Shown here: positions 21,772 through 32,139 of the stretch, piece after piece | Layout of the letters: each line of letters opens with the position of its first letter | How positions within the stretch are numbered: the stretch's first letter is position 1 | DNA from: Fistulifera solaris | Lineage: Eukaryota | Direction of reading: 5' to 3' | Length of the DNA: 64,000 nt | NCBI GenBank assembly: GCA_030295235.1 | Contig: AP026125.1 | Span: 186,001 to 250,000, forward strand | Program-made: the position numbers and the translations under genes | The notes under the pieces: model-generated | The model's database searches: none | What the model saw: the letters and a program-made list of their open reading frames with translations, nothing else | What the model was told of the DNA's origin: nothing

Positions 21772-22237
21772 GGAGCAAGATCGGTGTTCACTTATGTAGT
21801 GTAATGCTTTTGTTTGATGCCTATTTACTACGGAGTAATTTTGCTGCAATGCGCTCGTCGTCTTCCATCGCCGTCGTCGCTCGCAAAAAACCGTGACGTC
21901 ATGCGTGTGATTGCAACAATGGGAATTCTTTTCTTTGAATCTAAACCGTTTAGAATCATGTTTGTACTGCCAGTACTCGACAAACCTGAATAAATGGCAG
22001 CAGTAGCTTTATCTAGCTAGGTTTTACGATTAGCTGGTAACAAACATCCTTCTAAAGACTAGGTTCTGCTACTTGGCAAAGCAAAAGCGACCGACCACGT
22101 TCAGATCAGCCGGATAACTGACATAGTGCTCTTTGTTTTTTAGCGAATTTGCTTGCTGCATGCCAATATTCGCTTCTAGGTCTAAAATAAGCAACTATCA
22201 ATATTTCTCGAAGTTGATGCGATTTAAACACAATAGG

Positions 22238-24080
22238 CTAAACAACAAACCCGTATGCGGGGCGAATCTGAGTGCTTATATCTGGAAACACTTTCGTCCA
22301 CGACTCTACCATCTCGCGGGTAAGAGAGGGGTGCTGTGTTTCAACAACCGCCGGCGAATCAGCCCAGCATACTATTAAAGTATTCACCGCTCCCTTGATT
22401 ACATTCATCATTACTGATGACACCCACAACCCAATAATAAGCCCAATCCTTTTGAGGCCAAGACGATCATGTTAGATTTCAGTGTACACTCACTTTGATT
22501 AGTGAAACCATAGTAGAAGATAGGTACTTACCCAAACGTTGCAGACTTATTCAGGCCAAGATAAGAAGGACCAAAGTCGGTGGAATGATTTGTGTCATGA
22601 TATTGACTTGACAGAAGTTGCTCCAACAAAATTGCCGAAATTCCAGTTAAAATTCCCACGGAAACAGTCGACGCGTTTAGTACATATCCCACTAGGTTAT
22701 CCGTGATAATCGTTGTCCATCCCCTAGCATGGAAGAGCTCTAACACTTTTCTACCACTTTCTAAGTAGGAGAACCCATATATTCCCACAAACACATACGC
22801 CCACTGATTGAAATAGTTCAAAATATCTTCAAAAAGCCTCGCCAAGCACTCGAGTACGCACAAGTAGATGGACCCACAAAAAGAATCGTCGGCATTATCT
22901 CGCTGCTTTCGAGCGCTCTCGACAAGACAGCGGAACACGCTAACAATTGCTTGAAGAAGTGACCCGAAACAGATGGACCCGAAAGCGAAGGTCAGAGATC
23001 GGAAGAGCGACCCGAAAACAGCAGAGCTGCAACAATTGCTTGCTTCATCTTTATCAAAGCACCACGTAGCCATAACTCCAGCAACTGTCACTTGAATTGT
23101 GTTCTGGCACACGGATGAGCAAGGATTAGCCAGCAAAGTTTCGCTTGAAAAGTGCTTCTCAACAAACTTACCATGACGACAGTACTAGTCCAGTACAGCG
23201 ACAATAAGAAGAGAAAGAAAGCCAGAGATGAGGGATCGCAGGTATCATCGTAATCGTCGGCTGTAATATCGTCAAAGTTCGCCCCCGGGTGAGCTGCTTG
23301 ACATCTTTGAGTTTGATAGGAAAATACACCTACTACCGTGTAAAACCAAAAGACCAACCAAAGAAGACCGAATTGCGTAATGAAACAAGCAATAATGTAG
23401 ATTCCCCAGTTTTGGCTCATCCCTCTGAGCGCAATTTTCAGATTCACCGCGGCGAAAGGCACCATCCGCCAGGCCAAACGAATGTAGTACGTCACAGCTA
23501 GCATCGCGACAAACAGCATAAATGATAAAGCCAGCGATTTGCTCATGATGATGGAAATGAGTAATAGTACGGCTGATGTGACAAAGGAACCGATCAAACA
23601 TCCGTAGACAATCGTCCGCGGAAATGGCCGAAGGACAAAGAAAGTTGTTCCTAAAGCGATGACAAATGCAACGAAACAACCTGGAACAACCAAATAATGG
23701 ATGATGCGAGCTGGGTAAATTTGCATGTATTCCGTTGTTTGCTTCACAAACTCTTCGAATTTTTGAATATCTTCTTCCTTCATACCATCATCCCCCTTTC
23801 GCATCTCATCCTCGAGCGACGCAAAATCGAACTTCATATCTGAATAGCCACGAGGTGCTACCGAAAGGCCCAGGTAAAGCATCACAGCAATATGAAGCCA
23901 AAATAATACTCCAAAGAACATATCCTGGAATTGGGGTGGCGACGGTGCGCTGGCTTCCAGCATCGAGACGTGCTCATCCGCTGCATCGATCGTGACAATC
24001 GGAACTGCGCCGTAAGTCGTCATATTCGCCGAAGCATTTACTAAGGGAGGATTTACTTCATCGTCAACTTTGTGACTCAT
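22238..24080 (-). CDS. Choline transporter-like (CTL/PNS1/SLC44) protein, two introns
   Basis: Multiple TM helices; FQDMFFGVLF, SLYWT, VAGVMATW, FGSICFGSLL and YFNQWAYVFVGIYGFSYLESGRK motifs. Confidence 0.9.
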
Positions 24081-24431
24081 TCTTTACCAAGGGCTTTGAG
24101 GAGAATAGAACGCGATAAATGAATGGAGCTTTGTAAAGATTTCATTCGTGAAACGTGAAACGGAAGCATGCTTTTCATTGATGTCGATGTCAAAACGACG
24201 TATTTTCGTCATCAAAATCCGGAGATAGTCAACAATGCCCTACCGGTACCGCTTCAAAGTTGCTATATCTTCGAACGTATATCATCTAAGGAAATCATAA
24301 TCGCGTCTAGTAGTCTAAAGAATCAATAAATGATTTACAATCTTCGTTATGATGGTCAATAGGCGAAAAGCTTCTGCATGGTATGGTCACTTGGGCGACA
24401 GCTAATTGCTCGAGCTTAGTTGGGCAAATTC

Positions 24432-25622
24432 TTATAGGAGAAAAGCGAACAACGAACTGAAAGACACTACGCTTCCCCAAACGATGCCCCATTTACCAGC
24501 TGCACTCGACAATACCGAATCAATCGCTGTTGGGCTGTTGTTACTCGACGGAGAATCGGTGCTGGTGGACTCGGAAACCGGGGCCGGTGAGGGTACGGAT
24601 ACAGGAACGGGTGCATTTGTGGGTGCGACGAAAGGCATGTTTTGAAAGGACAGCCATTGTTGTTCACAAGCAAATTGTGTGGCTGTATCACTCAAGCATG
24701 CAGGTTGATCGGATTCATCAGTGGTCAAAGCGTTTCCGGAATCTTGCCATTCTCGTACAGACGGTCCTTCGTACAAGTGACTCGCAAAACCGTGCGACCG
24801 GAGAACGACGATAGCATTCGCAGCCGATTCACCATAAACGACCACTGAACAGCGGAAGCACGGCTCGAAGGATGCTAGCTTTTCTTCTACATTATCGAAG
24901 GAAAGAGGGCCGACCAATGTAGCACCGGATATGTGTCCTCCCGAAAAGTCTTCATTGCAATCATCAGATGCGATTTTTGTTTTCTGGAGTGCACTGTAGG
25001 GTCACTTACCTTCTCGTACGTCCAAAAGCACACCAACGTCTCCATTTTCTTGCATTCGCATGAGTTGTTCGGCACTAAGACGGCGGGATTCGTCAAGCCG
25101 ACCATAAGTCGGAGAGAGCGACAGTGCAGCTGTTGGCGATGGTGACGGTAAAGCAGGCGTCGTAGGAGCAGGCACACCCGAACAAGCGATCGACTCTACT
25201 CCCGTGCATGCTGGTTTCACGGAGTCTGTACCCTCTTCCATCTCGAATTGCTGTGACTTCCACGCATCGATTCCTCCTTCGAAGAGATAGAGATTGGTGA
25301 ATCCGGCTTCCGTGAGAAATTCGAGGGCAACTCTGGCTCGTGCACCGTTACTGTCATAGACCACGATCGGACAGCGCTCGCATCCAGCTAGATCTGCAGG
25401 TGTGGCAACTTGAGCAGCATTACCGAGTGATGCCAAATTTTCTAGAAGCGTACTATTAGGAATGTGCCCGTTCTCGTACTCCCGACTCGTTCGAACATCC
25501 ACTAAGATGTTATAACGTCCCTCGTCGACGCCGTCGGCAAATTCTTGGAGCGTCAAATCGACGAAATCGGCGCTGACGCATTGCAGCAGCAAAAGAAACG
25601 GTAAAAGGGCATTCCGGAACAT
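24432..25622 (-). CDS. Secreted, putatively GPI-anchored tandem rhodanese-like protein (paralogue A)
   Basis: Signal peptide; LVDVRT..EYENGHIPNS and LLDVRE..GGHISGA; intron 24950-25009; S/T/P-rich stalk and hydrophobic C-terminus. Confidence 0.85.
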
Positions 25623-26370
25623 TGCTCGAGTCAGTGGGTCCAACGACTGATTATTGTTTGGATGCAACAATGAATTTGACCGTTTGGAATGATGACGACC
25701 GGTGACAGGTGTGCATTTTTTGTCATTTCGTGCTTTGCATTTATTGGCTACCTAAACTACAGGTACTAATCATCCCATACAGTGAACGTTTTGGATTTTT
25801 GGCGTATGGAAAGAAAAGAATCTTTTCAGATGACCGTCGTACCGTCATGTTTACTCTACGATCTGAAAGTAGCGCGCCTTCTTTATTATGTGACCGTTGC
25901 ACGATAACGGGGGAGGAACGTTCCGCTATCAAAAATCAAGTCAAAGAGTTGGGGCAATATTTCAAAAACACAAATTCAAATTCCAGATCTCTAACCATAC
26001 AACGTGTTCAAGTACATATTATCATAGAATGATTATTCTGAGTGCCGAATGAAGAAAAAGTGCGCGACAGAAAAGACTTCCCCTAAATCGACAAATACAA
26101 TGGGCGACATTACGTATTTAATGAACAAAAATGGCACTTCAACGGAAATTAATCAAACGATTGATTAAGCACGCCCAGTATAACTTGTTTCCGGTATACA
26201 AGAAACGATGCGCTTGTATGATACAAATTCTGCTACCAACCACACCGACACAAAAACAAAAACACGATAAGAGACTTTTTTCATGACAGTCGCTTTGCAT
26301 TTGACCATCCAAAAAACTGAATTGTCGATCTTCAACTGCAATTCATTAAGCTGAAGGGTAACGACAAGCA

Positions 26371-27500
26371 ATGAAGCTTCTAATTGCATCACTTCTGCCT
26401 TTGGCGCATGGCGTCGTCACGGAGCTCTCCACGCAGCAATTGTTCGAAGGAATTCAAGAGAACAAATTTCAAGTGATTGTAGATGTTCGAAGTCAAGCCG
26501 AGTTCGATGCAGGCCACATAGAAGGAGCAACCTTGCTCGAAAACTTGTTTTATTTCGGAATGGGAAGTTTAGAGTCTGCTTCACCAGCCGATCTAGAGGG
26601 TTGTGAGCTATGCCATATAGCCGTGTATGACCGATCTGGTGGTCGAACTATCAACGCCATCGAAATACTGGAAGAAGCGGGCTTCATGAATTTGTACAAT
26701 GGACAGGGAACAAGTCAATGGACGTCAGCTGGATATTCGCTGGTCACAGACGTGAGCGTTGTACCGCCTTGCACCACAGACCCGGCCGCTCAGGAACAGT
26801 GTAGCGCGCTGGAAGAAGCACCCACAACATCGCCAACCGTCAATGATCCCACCGCTATTCGTTCACTGGATGCTGCACAATTTGTTCAACTGCGCAATCA
26901 GGGCATGTTTGATGTTATTTTGGATGTTCGAGAAGGTAGGTTGATATTTTAGACTGCTGGCGTCAATGGAATGTCGCTAATATCTTTTTAGAAACATCCG
27001 GAGGTCACATTACAGGCGCAACTTTGATTGGACCTTTATCCGAAGAGATATTATTGGATTTGGAGGGATGTGCTTATTGCAACATCGCGATCTATGGTGA
27101 AGGTGCGGAGGACGCCGCAGATTTGTTAGTTGAAAATGGCTTCAATGGTCGTCTGTATTTTGGACCGAGTGTTGAGGAATACTCTGATGCTGGTTTCGAG
27201 CTAAGTACCGCTGAATCAGTCGAACCTCGTTGTACAACAGACACAGTCATCCAGGAAGCTTGCGAAGCCAGATGGGTGGAGGATGGTGGAGATTCAGGAG
27301 AGGCGAGCGGTTCAGAACCGCCATCAGCACCCACCCCATCTTCGAAAGAACCCAAGCCCTCTCCAGCAAAAGATCCAACCGAGGAGAAACCTTCGGAGAC
27401 AAATTCTACCGCTGCTCCGGCAGCCCCTACTAGTGATGTGCAGCAGTTTAGTGCGGTGCTGTCTTGCATCATCGGGTTGTCGATAGCCATGCTTCTGTAG
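26371..27500 (+). CDS. Secreted, putatively GPI-anchored tandem rhodanese-like protein (paralogue B)
   Basis: IVDVRS..EFDAGHIEGA and ILDVRE..GGHITGA. Intron 26936-26991 sits at the same position and phase as in paralogue A. Confidence 0.85.
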
Positions 27501-27842
27501 AGCTACAACAAAATCTCATAAGTTCATGTTTTCTCGAACATTGTAGCTTTACTTAGAAGTGACCTGTCTTTCATTAGGCTGCTGCCTAATGCCTAGTTTT
27601 AATGGGACATGGGACTAGAATAGTCTCACGCTTTTCGCCTTAGAGTTTTGGCACAATGACCCCTGTTCAGTTCGAGACTGCGACAACTCATGACTATACA
27701 TTTTTGAGTAGAAACCAGTCGTATTTGTGCCTCGAAGTGTCACATCAAAATCCGGTTTTTTTGCCCCATGCTTCCCATTCGTCGAAACAAAACAACAAAG
27801 CAAGACATTTGTTTGTGGTGTACCGCTCATAATGAAACAAAG

Positions 27843-30191
27843 ATGAGTTCGATTGAAGAAGCCCGTAAGGCATTGAAGAAAAGAGATAAAGCGAACAGGA
27901 AAGAGGAGAAATGCACTCCGTTGATCAGTCCGCGAACGAAACGTCCTTCGTTCCTTCGTCGCGAAAGCAGTAAGAACCTCGACAAGCCCGCAGCGACTGT
28001 CAAGCCTGCAGGCGTCAAAAAGATGATTCAGTCGAAAATTGCCACTTTAACTGAAAAGCCGAAGCAAGTGACACCATCCCCAAAGAAGCGAAAGAGTTTG
28101 CTGAAGGCTGGTGTCAAGTTAGCACCAGCTCCCGCCCTGGAAAAGGAAAAGAACAAGAAGGAGACACAAAAGACCCCGGGAAAGTCTATTTGTAAGATCA
28201 AAGCTTCGAAGCTTCCTGTAAACGGTGAGATCAAAAAGTACATTGATACATTGAAGCAACATCATGTGCTGGCGGACATCACTACGACACCTCGCGACAA
28301 CGATCTCGTCACAGCTATCATCCAGGCTACCTGTTGTGATCCTGCCGCGGGGTCGATTGTCTGTGATGCCGATCCTCGTCACATGAGTCCGTCTTTACTG
28401 CTTGATTTCGGAGATGCTTTGCGCTACAATGTCTACTTGACGAAGCTGCAACTGTCGCACATGGATCTGGGAAATGCTTTCTTGAGTTCCGTAGCCGATT
28501 CTCTGCCCAAAAACTATACCCTACAAAAGTTGAACCTGAGTCACAATCAATTCACGAGCGACGCACTGGTGGAGTTCTGCTTGGGTATGAAGAAGAACAA
28601 GGCATTGACGAGTGTCGATTTGCGGCATCAGAATTCGAAAATCTTTACGCATCACGAAAAGGACGTTTTAGAGGCCTTGTCGGAAAATCATTACGTAAAG
28701 GAATTTCATGTCGAGTTTCTATCTCCCAAGTGCGAAAAGGTTATTGAATACGTTTTAGATCGAAATCAGAAAAAAGACAAGAAGTTTCTGTCGCGTGAGA
28801 AGAAGGTGATGGAATTTTTGAAAATAGAGAGTTCCGACGCACAAGCTGACGCGAAAGGATCCGAAGAAGAGAAGGAGATATCTCGGGAGATACGCGAGGA
28901 GGAAACTGATTACTTTTACGAGCTCGAACAAATTGCAAAGAAACATAAGGTCGATTTGACGACTGATAAGGAGAGCGTCTTTTCAAAGCCATGGAGCAGC
29001 ACCTTTGCGTTTGTCGGTTCCCCTGCGGCAGAGGTTGTAAAGTTCCCAGCGACGCCCATGACCGCTGATGGTGCGTTTTTAACCACCGACTTCATTGACA
29101 ACTTTCTCAAAAAGGGAGACGATGGTGTGTTAATATTTGAGTTTACCAATCAGTTCAAGTTGTTTAAACGTTTTGGAACCGACGATCCTGCCCGTTCTGT
29201 TATTGTCAAGAAGTTCGTGAAAGTGTTGCTCAAGCATCCGAAACAGGATAATATCAATATCCTTAACATGGCCAATACATGTATAGGAGACGATTTTGTG
29301 GATCTATTTTGTCGGTCATGCGCAACCAAGAAGAAGTTCGCACGCTTGCATCAATTGAACTTTGAAACCAATTTTTTAAGCAACGCTGGTTTGTTGGCAC
29401 TTGCCGAGAATATCTTGAGTCCCGATGTCTGGAAGTATCTGCAATGCGTGAAACTTGACAATCAGAAATCGCCTGTTAAAACAGCTGCAGAGATTGCCTT
29501 GGCCAAAGCGTTGTGGATCAATCGGAGTGTCATTCGTTTTTCTTTGAGGATACGGAATCTGCGTGAGCGACAACGCATTCAGCAGTCTATACAGCGAAAC
29601 ATCGACTTTCTACGACAAGCTCGTCAGCTTCATCGCAAGCAGACTGGTACCCTCGTCCAAAGGAAAAGGAATAAGATGGAACAGCTATTCGACAAAATTG
29701 CAGAAAACGATGCATCATGTACATCAGTCGAAATTGTTGGCGATCCACTGTTTCTTGCTTTGCATCAAAGGGAAATCATCAAGTCGGCCGCGGCGTTCGC
29801 AACCAATTCCCATGTCACCAAGCTAAAAATGACTCTACTAAAACTAGATGACGAATGGGCCACTCACTTTGCCGCGAGTTTGAAACAAAATGAGACGTTA
29901 GAGAGCGTCGATCTGGACAGTAATGCAATCGGATCTGCCGGCATCACTGCGATCATTGAAGCTCTGTCGGTGAACAAAAGTGTCACGGAATTGCAGCTCC
30001 GCCATCAGAGCAAGCCCGTAAGTAGCAAAGACGAAGAGGCGTTGCCTGGACTTTTGGGGAGCAACAAGCACTTGGTCAAGTTGGGAATGGACTTTCGTAG
30101 CACTCAAGCGCGTAATCTGATGGACAACAAGATCAGAAGTAACCAAGAGCTGAAGCGGAAGAGTAGAAGTTCGCCGAGCAAAAGCAAATGA
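27843..30191 (+). CDS. Protein with three tropomodulin-like LRR domains after a basic disordered N-terminus
   Basis: Three RNI-type LRR blocks, each ending in L.L.(N/H)Q...E..(L/I)..N...RN/SN. Example: LDNQKSPVKTAAEIALAKALWIN...IQRNIDFLRQAR. Confidence 0.75.
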   Translation: MSSIEEARKALKKRDKANRKEEKCTPLISPRTKRPSFLRRESSKNLDKPAATVKPAGVKKMIQSKIATLTEKPKQVTPSPKKRKSLLKAGVKLAPAPALEKEKNKKETQKTPGKSICKIKASKLPVNGEIKKYIDTLKQHHVLADITTTPRDNDLVTAIIQATCCDPAAGSIVCDADPRHMSPSLLLDFGDALRYNVYLTKLQLSHMDLGNAFLSSVADSLPKNYTLQKLNLSHNQFTSDALVEFCLGMKKNKALTSVDLRHQNSKIFTHHEKDVLEALSENHYVKEFHVEFLSPKCEKVIEYVLDRNQKKDKKFLSREKKVMEFLKIESSDAQADAKGSEEEKEISREIREEETDYFYELEQIAKKHKVDLTTDKESVFSKPWSSTFAFVGSPAAEVVKFPATPMTADGAFLTTDFIDNFLKKGDDGVLIFEFTNQFKLFKRFGTDDPARSVIVKKFVKVLLKHPKQDNINILNMANTCIGDDFVDLFCRSCATKKKFARLHQLNFETNFLSNAGLLALAENILSPDVWKYLQCVKLDNQKSPVKTAAEIALAKALWINRSVIRFSLRIRNLRERQRIQQSIQRNIDFLRQARQLHRKQTGTLVQRKRNKMEQLFDKIAENDASCTSVEIVGDPLFLALHQREIIKSAAAFATNSHVTKLKMTLLKLDDEWATHFAASLKQNETLESVDLDSNAIGSAGITAIIEALSVNKSVTELQLRHQSKPVSSKDEEALPGLLGSNKHLVKLGMDFRSTQARNLMDNKIRSNQELKRKSRSSPSKSK

Positions 30192-30517
30192 TGAACAGAG
30201 CGATTGAAGAGGTAATTGTCAATCCTGCGTAGCTCCGCAACATTCTATCTAAATTCCCTGGTTTCTATGATCCCGATTTATCTCATCTAGATCTAAACTA
30301 TAGGCTTAGTGAGCGGTGGCAAACTTTGCGACGCTTGAGCTTTTTTACCTGGATCTGTAGTGCTACAGCTCGTTGTCCACATTCGGACACAGACACAGGA
30401 CATGAACTCTAAACCAATGAGTAAAGACACGGTTCGTCCCCTCATGGATAAAATGGAATCTCTTTTACTGTAGGGTTTAGTGTCTAGCTGGTCCGAGTCA
30501 GGCTGTGGTGTGTGGTG

Positions 30518-30800
30518 TATAGTTCTTCAAATACCGGTATCAGGATTTTCGATACCGGAATACGGTAATATACGGTATCGTACGGTATCGATACCGTATT
30601 GGGTTTCAGCGCCTTGACGGGAAAGCTCTCGCATCTTCACCTTAACTGCCGCGGAATCACGGGAATCCAGTCGTACGTGCCCCAGTCTTGTTTGAACTAA
30701 CTTCAAATACCGGTATCGAAAATCCCAATACCCGAATACCGGTATTATACTGGTATTATACCGTACGGTATTGCGGTATTCTAGAGGCCGTCGAACTATA
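30518..30800. mobile_element. Non-autonomous hAT-like element
   Basis: 8-bp TIR TATAGTTC/GAACTATA and 8-bp TSD GTGTGGTG (30510-30517, 30801-30808). Many subterminal ATACCG/CGGTAT motifs at both ends. Confidence 0.8.
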
Positions 30801-31272
30801 GTGTGGTGTGGCTTGTGCCAAGTGCCAAATGCCAAATCACAAATAAATCACACATCACACTGCAACTTGGAGTACCGAGTAAGTGGCGGATCCCGGAAGC
30901 GGGAAGTGGAGAGCTGAGAGCTGAGAAGTACCAGTAAAAAGCGAGGAAGAAAAAAAAAGACAAAACCTTCGAGCTTCGAGAGTTGCAAGAACTCGGCCAT
31001 CGGCCTTTCACATTTCAGACTTCAGACGGTTTCAAACACAGAAATAGTCCGCACTGGCGGGCATAAAGTACGAACTGCATTGTTCGCTCCAAGAAAACCA
31101 TTTAGTACAGAACCCCGACTAACAGGGTTGTACGTTGTACGAGAGAAGCAAAAATGACTGGGATGATTTTTACCCTCTCACAAAGCAAAAACAGGAACAA
31201 ATCTTTCGCTTTGCCTGGCCAGGAAAATCTTGAGAACTCACTCATCAAAATTGCCAACCACAAAAATTCGAC

Positions 31273-31953
31273 ATGAAGAAGCAACAGTCATCTCGTACCA
31301 GCGCGAAAGAAACAAAATCTCCACAGTTTGATACCAAGATTGTTTCCAAAATCAGACTTGGAAGATCGTCGAACGCTGTCCACGTCAACCAGATGGCTGT
31401 ATCTTTGATACAGGCGAATCGACCGGATGAAGCCATGCGTTTCATCAAAAAAGCCTTTCGACATATTCTTCACTCGCTCCAACAATCGACAGTGTCCATG
31501 CAACAGCAGCCGAAACTAAGTATAACCTCACAAGTTGCACCTCCAATCCAATTGAACGAAGAACAACGTGTTTCCCCTGATGGTATCTTTGCCTTCTATA
31601 ACAGTGCGCTCACTATTCGTGGACCGACGTTTGACGAGTCTGTAATCCCTCTTCTCTTGTATAACTTGGGATTGATTTATCACCGCCGTGCCATCGAGCT
31701 GGGATCGTCACCAAGACTGTTGAGAGCAGCTCTCCGGATGTACCAGCAAGCGCAGAAGTTTGACGGTCCTGATATCTTGACGTTCGCATTGATGAACAAC
31801 ATGGGCCACGCATTGTCTTGTTTGTTCGAACACGAGGCCGTAAAAGTATGCCAACTCCACTTTGCTACGAATCGCTACCGTTATCGAAAGCTAATCTCGC
31901 CCGAAAAATACTGCATTCTTCAACCTAACACCGCTTGCGCTCCTATGGCGTAA
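31273..31953 (+). CDS. Diatom-type TPR-like helical protein
   Basis: LLYNLGLIYHRRA...AALRMYQQA...LMNNMGH helical-repeat pattern. Confidence 0.75.
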   Translation: MKKQQSSRTSAKETKSPQFDTKIVSKIRLGRSSNAVHVNQMAVSLIQANRPDEAMRFIKKAFRHILHSLQQSTVSMQQQPKLSITSQVAPPIQLNEEQRVSPDGIFAFYNSALTIRGPTFDESVIPLLLYNLGLIYHRRAIELGSSPRLLRAALRMYQQAQKFDGPDILTFALMNNMGHALSCLFEHEAVKVCQLHFATNRYRYRKLISPEKYCILQPNTACAPMA

Positions 31954-32139
31954 TCATTTATAATTAATAAAACGGCATATCTTCACTGTAGTTGTAACTA
32001 AAGTCGATCAAATAAAGAAGATAATAAAACCTGACTTCTTAGGTCGGAAACATCTTACCAGTACCGGTACGTTATAGTGTGGGACTTGAAACTGACTCAG
32101 TCACCCACAAATTTTTCGCCTCGTCGCAATCACTAGACT

